Shown piece by piece: positions 12,701 to 24,228 of a DNA stretch of 64,000 nt. Positions within the stretch are counted from its first letter, which is position 1. Each line of letters begins with the position of its first letter. The notes below the pieces were generated by a model, which saw only the letters and a program-made list of their open reading frames with translations, searched no databases and was not told where the DNA came from. Source of the stretch: Haliotis cracherodii (lineage: Eukaryota); the NCBI RefSeq assembly GCF_022045235.1, contig NW_027266275.1, positions 81,716,001-81,780,000 of the forward strand. The letters run 5' to 3'. Position numbers and translations under genes: made by a program.

Positions 12701-15700
12701 AGAGTGACCTAGCTGGTGAGTGAGTGAGTGAGTGAGTGATAGATGCTCTAGAGATAAAGGTACTGTCACTCATATCCTGGAGAGTGATCTAGCTGGTGAG
12801 TGAGTGAGTGATGCTCTAGAGATGAAAGTACTGTCACTCAGATCCTGGAGAGTGACCTAGCTGGTGAGTGAGTAAGTGATGCTCTAGAGATGAAAGTACT
12901 GTCACTCAGATCCTGGAGAGTGACCTAGCTGGTGAGTGATGCTCTAGAGATGAAAGTACAGTCACTCAGATCCTGGAGAGTGACCTAGCCGGTGAGTGAG
13001 TGAGTGAGTGAGTGATAGATGCTCTAGAGATAAAGGTACTGTCACTCATATCCTGGAGAGTGATCTAGCTGGTGAGTGAGTGAGTGATGCTCTAGAGATG
13101 AAGGTACTGTCACTCAGATCCTGGAGAGTGACCTAGCTGGTGAGTGAGTGAGTGATGCTCTAGAGATGAAAGTACAGTCACTCAGATCCTGGAGAGTGAC
13201 TTAGCTGGTGAGTGAGTGAGTGATGCTCTAAAGATGAAAGTACTGTCACTCAGATACTGGAGAGTGACCTAGCTGGTGAGTGAGTGAGTGAGTGAGTGAT
13301 GCTCTAGGGATGAAATTACCGTCACTCAGATCCTGGAGAGTGACCTGGCCCGTGAGTGAGTGAGTGAGTGAGTGATGCTCTAGAGATGAAAGTACTGTCA
13401 CTCAGATCCTGGAGAGTGACTTAGCTGGTGAGTGAGTGAGTGATGCTCTAGAGATGAAAGTACTGTCACTCAGATCCTGGAGAGTGACCTAGCTGGTGAG
13501 TGAGTGAGTGAGTGAGTGATGCTCTAGAGATGAAAGTACAGTCACTCAGATCCTGGAGAGTGACCTAGCTGGTGAGTGAGTGAGTGAGTGATGCTCTAGG
13601 GATGAAAGTACTGTCACTCAGATCCTGGAGAGTGACCTAGCTGGTGAGTGAGTGACGCTCTACAGATGAAAGTACTGTCACTCAGATCCTGGAGAGTGAC
13701 CTAGCTGGTGAGTGAGTGAGTGAGTGAGTGATAGATGCTCTAGAGATAAAGGTACTGTCACTCATATCCTGGAGAGTGATCTAGCTGGTGAGTGAGTGAG
13801 TGATGCTCTAGAGATGAAGGTACTGTCACTCAGATCCTGGAGAGTGACCTAGCTGGTGAGTGAGTGAGTGATGCTCTAGAGATGAAAGTACTGTCACTCA
13901 GATCCTGGAGAGTGACCTAGCTGGTGAGTGATGCTCTAGAGATGAAAGTACAGTCACTCAGATCCTGGAGAGTGACCTAGCCGGTGAGTGAGTGAGTGAG
14001 TGATGCTCTAGAGATGAAAGTACTGTCACTCAGATCCTGGAGAGTGACCTGACCAGTGAGTGAGTGAGTGAGTGATGCTCTAGAGATGAAAGTCCAGTCA
14101 CTCAGATCCTGGAGAGTGACCTAGCTGGTGAGTGAGTTAGTGAGTGAGTGAGTGATGCTCTAGAGATGAAAGTACAGTCACTCAGATCCTGGAGAGTGAC
14201 CTAGCCGGTGAGTGAGTTAGTGAGTGAGTGATCGATGCTCTAGAGATGAAAGTACTGTCACTCAGATCCTGGAGAGTGACCTGACCAGTGAGTGAGTGAG
14301 TGAGTGATGCTCTAGAGATGAAAGTCCAGTCACTCAGATCCTGGAGAGTGACCTAGCTGGTGAGTGAGTTAGTGAGTGAGTGAGTGATGCTCTAGAGATG
14401 AAAGTACAGTCACTCAGATCCTGGAGAGTGACCTAGCTGGTGAGTGAGTTAGTGAGTGAGTGATGCTCTAGAGATGAAGGTACTGTCACTCATATCCTGG
14501 AGAGTGATCTAGCTGGTGAGTGAGTGAGTGATGCTCTATAGATGAAGGTACTGTCACTCAGATCCTGGAGAGTGACCTAGCTGATGAGTGAGTGAGTGAG
14601 TGATCGATGCTCTAGAGATAAAGGTACTGTAACTCATATCCTGGAGAGTGATCTAGCTGGTGAGTGAGTGAGTGATGCTCTATAGATGAAGGTACTGTCA
14701 CTCAGATCCTGGAGAGTGACCTAGCTGGTGAGTGAGTGAGTGAGTGATGCTCTAGAGATGAAAGTACAGTCACTCAGATCCTGGAGAGTGACCTAGCCGG
14801 TGAGTGAGTGAGTGATGCTCTAGAGATGACAGTACTGTCACTCAGATCCTGGAGAGTGACCTGGCCAGTGAGTGAGTGAGTGAGTGATGCTCTAGAGATG
14901 AAAGTACAGTCACTCATATCCTGGAGAGTGACCTAGCTGGTGAGTGAGTTAGTGAGTGAGTGAGTGATGCTCTAGAGATGAAAGTACAGTAACTCAGATC
15001 CTGGAGAGTGACCTGACCAGTGAGTGAGTGAGTGAGTGATGCTCTAGAGATGAAAGTACTGTCACTCAGATCCTGGAGAGTGACCTAGCTGGTGAGTGAG
15101 TGAGTGAGTGAGTGATGCTCTAGGGATGAAATTACCGTCACTCAGATCCTGGAGAGTGACCTGGCCCGTGAGTGAGTGAGTGAGTGAGTGATGCTCTAGA
15201 GATGAAAGTACTGTCACTCAGATCCTGGAGAGTGACTTAGCTGGTGAGTGAGTGAGTGATGCTCTAGAGATGAAAGTACTGTCACTCAGATCCTGGAGAG
15301 TGACCTAGCTGGTGAGTGAGTGAGTGAGTGAGTGATGCTCTAGAGATGAAAGTACAGTCACTCAGATCCTGGAGAGTGACCTAGCTGGTGAGTGAGTGAG
15401 TGAGTGATGCTCTAGGGATGAAAGTACTGTCACTCAGATCCTGGAGAGTGACCTAGCTGGTGTGTGAGTGAGTGACGCTCTACAGATGAAAGTACCATCA
15501 CTCAGATCCTGGAGAGTGACCTAGCTGGTGAGTGAGTGAGTGAGTGAGTGATAGATGCTCTAGAGATAAAGGTACTGTCACTCATATCCTGGAGAGTGAT
15601 CTAGCTGGTGAGTGAGTGAGTGATGCTCTAGAGATGAAGGTACTGTCACTCAGATCCTGGAGAGTGACCTAGCTGGTGAGTGAGTGAGTGATGCTCTAGA

Positions 15701-18700
15701 GATGAAAGTACTGTCACTCAGATCCTGGAGAGTGACCTAGCTGGTGAGTGATGCTCTAGAGATGAAAGTACAGTCACTCAGATCCTGGAGAGTGACCTAG
15801 CCGGTGAGTGAGTGAGTGAGTGATGCTCTAGAGATGAAGGTACTGTCACTCAGATCCTGGAGAGTGACCTGACCAGTGAGTGAGTGAGTGAGTGATGCTC
15901 TAGAGATGAAAGTCCAGTCACTCAGATCCTGGAGAGTGACCTAGCTGGTGAGTGAGTTAGTGAGTGAGTGAGTGATGCTCTAGAGATGAAAGTACAGTCA
16001 CTCAGATCCTGGAGAGTGACCTAGCCGGTGAGTGAGTTAGTGAGTGAGTGAGTGATGCTCTAGAGATGAAAGTACTGTCACTCAGATCCTGGAGAGTGAC
16101 CTGACCAGTGAGTGAGTGAGTGAGTGATGCTCTAGAGATGAAAGTCCAGTCACTCAGATCCTGGAGAGTGACCTAGCTGGTGAGTGAGTTAGTGAGTGAG
16201 TGATGCTCTAGAGATGAAAGTACAGTCACTCAGATCCTGGAGAGTGATCTAGCTGGTGAGTGAGTTAGTGAGTGAGTGATGCTCTAGAGATGAAAGTACC
16301 ATCACTCAGAACCTGGAGAGTGACCTAGCCGGTGAGTGAGTGATCGATGCTCTAGAGATGAAGGTACTGTCACTCAGATCCTGGAGAGTGACCTAGCTGG
16401 TGAGTGAGTGAGTGAGTGAGTGATGCTCTAGAGATGAAAGTACAGTAACTCAGATCCTGGAGAGTGACCTAGCTGGTGAGTGAGTGAGTGAGTGATGCTC
16501 TAGAGATGAAAGTACAGTAACTCAGATCCTGGAGAGTGACCTAGCTGGTGAGTGAGTTAGTGAGTGAGTGATGCTCTAGAGATGAAAGTACAGTCACTCA
16601 GATCCTGGAGAGTGACCTAGCTGGTGAGTGAGTTAGTGAGTGAGTGATGCTCTAGAGATGAAAGTACCATCACTCAGAACCTGGAGAGTGACCTAGCCGG
16701 TAAGTGAGTGATCGATGCTCTAGAGATGAAGGTACTGTCACTCAGATCCTGGAGAGTGACCTAGCTGGTGAGTGAGTGAGTGAGTGATGCTCTAGAGATG
16801 AAAGTACAGTAACTCAGATCCTGGAGAGTGACCTAGCCGGTGAGTGAGTGAGGTAGAACACAGTATCTCAGGAACAGGAAGTGCATCCAAATGTGATACC
16901 ATGTGGCATATTGTCACTGCAATCTCCTTCCTCCTTCAAGACACAAGAGGTCAAGCCACGGGGTGGGATTGTTTAGTGTGACATCATAGACTCAGAATGC
17001 CAACCGCTAAAAAACACAAAATATGTGTAAGAATGGGCAGGGCCAAGTGTTCTAGGTTTAGGTGCATAATTTATTACTTTGATTTATTTGATTAAAAATG
17101 ATGCAAGTTTTGAATAAATTCATATTTTTGAACTTATCCCTCCACATCAGTAGGACCTTATAGATAAGGGGAATACTCTGATTCCCCCTGGTTGAATGGT
17201 ATTATGTATAGAAAAGTGCTCAACTTGTTGCCTTTTTAAAAACCCTTTATTAAATGTAGAAGGAAAGTCCAAAGTGGCATGACTTAGTTGTAGACATTTG
17301 CCACTTTGATCACACCAACGGTTGTAGCCATAACCTGAGAATGATGGTGATGTACATGAACCCGATCCTGCTGCTGTTGCTGTTGTTTCTGTTGCTGGTG
17401 AGGTGTTCCCATAGATTACAGTGTGGGTAACAGTATAACAAAATTTCTTAGTTTTTTAGTTTTGAAGACACATGAGTCATATTTGTTATTTCTTTCTGTT
17501 GTATTTTGGGAAGCCTTTGATGATATAAGGCATAGATGTGTAGGAGTCATGCACCGTATTGTGATGTATGGAATTTTTCTTTTCAGAATTTCTCTTTGAG
17601 TCTTTGCATTCACAAAGTGGTCCTCAACTGGAGTAAGAATCATTCAGAATGGTTTCCCTTTTTTATCATTATTTGTGGGTTTTGTTTGTTCTATTTGTAA
17701 ACATGGTGAAGCGTTTGTGTTGACATCTTACTAATAGTTCAATGCTCTCGTCCTGGCCATATTTCTATGATATGTATATTCCTAGGTTTCATTTATATTT
17801 TCAGATTTAATGTTTATTTATAGTTCAGTTGTTAGCAGTCTTTGAATTCTTTACATTTGAGCCAACATCAGAAAACTTAATCATACTGCAGTGATAGAAA
17901 CTAACAGTTTTAGTCCACTAGTCCAAATAATGATAAAAATCCTTAAAAAGGGCAAATTCTGCTAGTCCTTATGATACTGTAACTATTGGGCAGATTGGCA
18001 GGGACTAAGGGACTAGTGCCAATTTCTAACTCTGTACTACATACACATTGCTTTACAGTGTTCCCTCGCTATTGCGCTCTTCAATATAGCACTAACTCGG
18101 TTATAGCGCACTATAAAGCATGGCTCCCAAAAGTTACTTGCATTTTAAATAAACTCATGTTTTCCAATGACACGATGTTTTCCCCATCTCAAAAACATTA
18201 TCAGCTTTTCTTTTGTTGGTCATATACCCCCTACAACTCCATCTCAGTTAAACCTCCGATCATCGATTATTTGGACCCCAAAGGTAGCGTTGTAGTGAGG
18301 GATCACTGTATCTGGTAGTTATCTCCAACTTTCCCCCTGTTGGGGCCCAGGTTCTAACAGGTCACCAGCACTCTAATTCCTGAAGTAAGAGGGGACTTTA
18401 TTGGACTGGGTGGTTGCACACGCTGACTTCCGTGATTGATCCGGGGAGGAGGGGGGGCTTCAGCAACCCATGCTTGTCGTAAGAGGCGACTAACGGGATC
18501 GGGTGGTCAGGCTCACCGACTTCCATGATTTCTTGTTGTCATACCCAAACAGCTTGGGAGAGTGCTCATAACATCCACGACTGGTTTGTCTGGCCTTGAC
18601 TACAGGTCACCAGGATATACATGGAATATGGCTGAATGTGCTTTTAAGCAACACTGACCAACTCACTCACTCTTATATTCAACATGTCCTTAACAATTAA

Positions 18701-21700
18701 TTTTACAATTTCTTTGATCACTTCTGGGAGACAGAACCATACTCTCAGTGGAAGCCTCGGTGACTGAGTGGGTGAGATCGCTGACTGTGTGCTGGCTATT
18801 AGGTGCCTCACTCTCAGAGTGTGGGTTCGAATTCCGGATGGGACTAGAATTTCTACTTTACTATGAAAATGTTATCTTAAATATAACATTTGTTACATTG
18901 ACCACTTTCTAAATGGCATTGTGTATTCATAGCTTTCGGCCATGGGAGCTGGGCCAATTTACACTTGTCAAAGGGGTACACAAAGTATGTGATCTAGACT
19001 ACCAGTTGTCAGACTTTCATTTTTGTGGAAGCCTCAGTGGCTGGGTTAGATCGCTGACTTTGTGTGCTGGCGATTTGGTGCCTCACTCTGAGAGTGTGGG
19101 TTTGAATCCCGGATTTACATTTGTATTTTCTAAAGACTGTTCCCAAGTTACAGCTATCATAAATTTCTTTAATGCTTTTATTTTGAGTCACATGGTACTA
19201 CTTTGTTTCCTTTCAGTTCTGTGTACCAGTGCCTTCATCTGCTCACAGATTATGAACAATTCTTCACACGCTGCCATGCAGTCTACGGTCAGTTTCACAT
19301 TTGTATATCTGTATCACTATTTCAACCAGCTTGATATTGTAGGTGTTCTTTGAACAAAACTATAAGCTGATGTAGTATACATATTTTATGTATAACTGTC
19401 AAAAGAATAGATTCAACATTATGATATGGCACTGATTTTGTCAACTTGTTTTGTTTTTTAAATTCATTTTTCAAAAGAGAGATATATATTAACTGAACAG
19501 TAAACTGCAGTCGAACTAAACAAAGTTCAACAGGGTACTTACCCATGTGTCTGCCCTGTTCATTGTGCAAACCAAAGACGACTAAGCTTGTCATAAGAGG
19601 CGACTAACGGGATCGGGTGGTCAGGCTCGCTGACTGGGTTGATGCATGTCATCATATCCAAATTGCGTGGATCAATGCTCATGATGTCAATCACTGGATC
19701 GTCTGGTCCAGACTCGATTAATTACAGACCGCCATCATATAGCTGGAATATTGCTGAGTGCAGTGTTAAACAAGAAACAAACAAAGTGTCAAATTATGGA
19801 AACTAGAGTAACATTGAATACACAATGCCATTTAGAAAGTGGTCAAATGTAACTAATGTTATATTTGGGATAACACTTTCTTAGTGAAGTACAGATTCTA
19901 GTACTTTTTTGGGTTGAGTCCCGTGCAGGATTCGAACCCACACCTGCCAGGGTGAGGCACCAAATCGCCGGCACACAAAGTCAGCGATCTAACCCACTCA
20001 GCCACCGAGCCTTCCACAAAAATGAAAGTCCGACAACTGGTAGTCTAGATCACGTACTTTGAGTACCCCCCTGACAAGTGTAAATTGGCACGGCTCCCAT
20101 GGCCGAAAGCTATGAATACACAATGCCATTTAGAAAGTGGTCAAATGTAACTAATGTTATACTAATAAAGTGTTATCCCAAATATAACATTAGTTAGAGT
20201 AACATTGTTTGATATTGTACATTTTGTGTAATTCTTGTCAGATTTGTTGATATGAGTATTGGTTCCAGGGGTTGAGTCGATCCTGCGTTCCCTGTGTGTT
20301 GTGATGGATGTGAAGAACTATCGGCTTATGGAGAAGGGCTTCTGTCTACTGGCAAACATATTGCACCGGTGAATATTCTCCGCACAGACCTGTAATATAC
20401 TGTAAATCTTAAAATCAATGCGAGTGTGAATTAAATGCAAAAATTGCAAGTGGTCTTTGCTCGCATTACTTAACTTCGCATATATGTCTCCAAATGACTA
20501 TCCAACAATAAGATGGCCTCACTGCACACTTTGGATAGCGGAAAAACAACTTGAATATAAACACAAACACGGTTTATTGAGCAGCAGTTGTAATAAGTAT
20601 ATAAACAATGTCAGTCAAAGAATAGGAATTACACAAAAGGCATCCGGTGAGTTATCACTGCTGGGGTCAAGAGTTCTACCCACTCGTGTCAAGCTTGTTG
20701 ACACCTTCTTCACATACCAATCAGTGCACTGTTGTTGGTTTAATTACTTTATTGCATTTGAACTTCCTTAATGCCAGACAACAGAATAAACATATAAATT
20801 GTGTGTTGTTGTTAGTAAAACACTGTTTATTGTTATTATGGAAGTGCTTTACTCAGTGCTAATAAGCGGTGCTATTTGCTGTTTGATTGGATTAAGGTGA
20901 GGATAATGCATCATTCCACAGGTGATAGGGTTAGGGAGGCTCGGGGTCAGCAGTCATATTAATTTGGAGATGCATTAATTTCCAGATTTACAGTATCTGA
21001 TATCATTCTGTTTATTAGGATGATATTGTTTGAAACCTGGTGTAGTAGCTCTGTATGATGCTTTGAACAGTTTTTCAGCTACCAGTTTCTGACTGCATTG
21101 TCCACATGACAAACCAAAATGGAATGTGTGCATTACAATCAAGTGCATATTTAAATTAGGCATGAAAATATGGGGTGAGCTGAATGGGGGATAAAACCCA
21201 AAGTGATGCAATGTCCATTTTGGTGAAAACCATGAGTACAAGTATGGTGTTGACAAACCAAGGGTCATAATCAGTATTTGTCAGGGGATTCTGGAGAATT
21301 ACAAAGCTTTAGATGTCAGGGACACTATCTCCTAACTACCATCCAGAATTTACTTTTCAAATTACATTTCCATGTGAGTATACTTCATGCCTGTTGTTGG
21401 TAATGCTATCAGGTCTTTCAGAGACAAATGACCTTTTTAAATGGAACCACCACTGTCTGATTCTTTGTAATTTCCTTGAGAATTACATGGCCTTGAAAAT
21501 AAGACAGCAGGCTGATTCCCAAAGTGGGTGCCATGGATGGCGATTGCAGCATGTCTGCCCAAATGTTCTGAGCCTGAAGTGGTCTTCGTTGCAGGCAGCC
21601 CCCGGGCATCCCCCTGTTTGTGAACGTGACGTCGGTGAAACAGTGTGTCCACCTGGTGAGGCAGGCACTGGCTCAGTCCCACCCAGCAGTGTTTCTCCAG

Positions 21701-24168
21701 GCTCTAACAGCTGCTAGGCCTCTTGTCAGGTAACACTGTGAGTCTTTTTTTCAGTTGGGGTAAATGCTGTCCTTTCAAATGTTATTATTTATATGTGGGG
21801 AACATCAGTTAATTATCATGATTGTGTCATCTAGCAAGCATATTGTTTGCAGGGAATACCCATCAGTATAGACTTGATCGAATACTTCATAAAGGTTCTC
21901 CCTAGGTTGTAATCTCACAACTGATTGTAAGACTGCCCTTAGTATGACACATTAGTATGACACATTAGTATGGCACATTAGTGACACATTAGTATGACAC
22001 ATTAGTATGTCACATTAGTACGGCTCACATGTATGGTACATTGGTATGTCACATTAGTATGTCACAGTAGTATGGCTCATATGTATGGTACATTGGTATG
22101 ACACATTAGTATGACACATTAGTATGACACATTAGTATGACACATTGGTATGACACATTGGTATGTCACATTAGTATGACACATTAGTATGGTTGTGGTT
22201 GTAATCTCTCTCTCTCTGATTGTAAGGTTGTAGTCCCCCCGGTGATTGTAAGGTTGTAGTCTTCCATGTAGACTAGCATATAGTCCAGGATATGGATAAA
22301 GTTGATTAAAATAATTCTATCAAGGAACCCTCAAATGTTAAGAGCCTTGAGATCTCTTAAATCAGAGCTGAACGGGGATGAGTTTAGGCTTCTGGTGCTG
22401 AGGAAGGGGATTAGAATGGAATGGGGGTGATCGTTTTATCCTTTAAGGTCTGTAAGAGAGAGACTACCTCCCAAGTGAATGACACTGAATGTGTAGCCTC
22501 GTCACTGATGTTAGTTCCCTGTGTCTGCAGCAAGCAGTACCTGCCGTGGGTGTATCGATGTGAGGTCGTAGAGGACCTGCTGAAGGTGTAGTCTCGTCAC
22601 TGATGTTAGTTCCCTGTGTCTGCAGCAAGCAGTACCTGCCGTGGGTGTATCGATGTGAGGTCGTAGAGGACCTGCTGAAGGTTCTAGTCTCGTCACTGAT
22701 GTTAGTTCCCTGTGTCTGCAGCAAGCAGTACCTGCCGTGGGTGTATCGATGTGAGGTCGTAGAGGACCTGCTGAAGGTGGCCTGCTGTCAGATGACGGAC
22801 CTCCACACCTCGCTGTGTCATGGCAGACACACACAGACACGGATGGGCCAACAGGTGGACTGGCAGAACCTTCTGGTTGCCTTCACAGATCTCATCACTG
22901 TATGCTGTAGGTGGGTAGAGATATTCTTTATCCTATGATGAAATGAGACAAGTGAAAATGACAACTGAAAATATATAGTAAATAGAATGTTTGTTTTTAT
23001 CATTTTGTCTGTTTTATTTATTATCCTAAAAGCTGTGGTTCATCTCCAACACATTGTCTTCTTTTTTGCACTTGAGGGAAGCCTTGCCCTCAACATTAAA
23101 CTGCAAAATCATCAACACTTGCAACAGTCACGTTTTTCTCACTTAGTGACTGAAAGAATCACTGTATAAAACTTCCAACTCAAGTCACGATATCACAATG
23201 TATCTTTCTGAATGCACTTGGTCCCATTGGACTAGGTTTGTGCATCACAATGGGGAGTTCCTTATTTTGCACCATACTGACCAAAAAAATAACTAATAAC
23301 AAAAGGAGAAATATTTTTTGCCATTAGTAACTTCATGACAACCAAAAATGCATGTTGAAAATAAGTGACATGTGACAAGTGTAAGTGTTTTCAAACATGT
23401 CCTTCCATCCAACAACCGACTACCGGTATCTGTCTGCATGTTTCAGAGTGTACGGGGAGAGTGTACTCAGGTCCTCCAGTGAGATGGAGGAGAGACAGTG
23501 GATGAATGTGGAGGGCACTCTCTCGCTCCTGGTGTCAGCTGCAGAGAGACATCTAGCACCATACATACAGGTGAGACAGATGCTCTACCCACTGCAGTCT
23601 GCGAGTTCAGCCACGAGTTTAGACTAATGCTTAGTTTCCGAATATATATAATTTTGATCAAAACAAGCAGCTACCTTTAAACTGAAAAAGAGCCCTGAAC
23701 CTGTGAAATATCTAGACTTTCTTTATTTAGAGCTATAGCATGACAGCAAGAGAATAATAATTTTCTGTGTGACAGACTCCAATTAGTTTGATGACAGTCT
23801 TGTCATTTTTATCTTCTGTCTAGGAAGCTTGACTGATAACGAGCAGTTGGGTAGCCTAGTTGTTAAAGCGTTTGCTCGTTCGCTCGGGTTTTATTCCCGA
23901 CATGGGTACAATGTGTGAAACCAATATCTGGTGTCCCCCACCATGATTTTGCAGGAATATTGCTAAAAGTGGCGTAAAACCACGCTCACTCACTCACTCA
24001 CCTGGTTACTGTTCTAACAGCAGCACTAAGATCTACTAAAAGTAAAGACAAGGTTAGCTACTTAACTTAAATGTTGTTGCACAGACTACCACTGTCTATC
24101 AGCACAAGTATGTAGACACTGTGTGGAGTTGGTGTCATGAAATGGGGTTTAATCTTGTGTTCAAGATT

Positions 24169-24228
<60 letters not shown>

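Noticed and set aside
11168-16851. CRISPR-like repeat/spacer appearance
   Set aside because: Spacers are only variable-length (GTGA)n, the repeat is exon-derived, the context is eukaryotic and there are no cas genes.
19915-20015. Possible tRNA genes (also 18750, 28230, 43316, 55649)
   Set aside because: A/B boxes are present, but they are embedded in repeated bodies with tails or TSDs and I could not form a clean cloverleaf. Treated as SINE heads; tRNAscan-SE would settle it.
21313-21717. 134-aa plus-strand ORF
   Set aside because: Overlaps true exon 10 in a different frame; no independent support.
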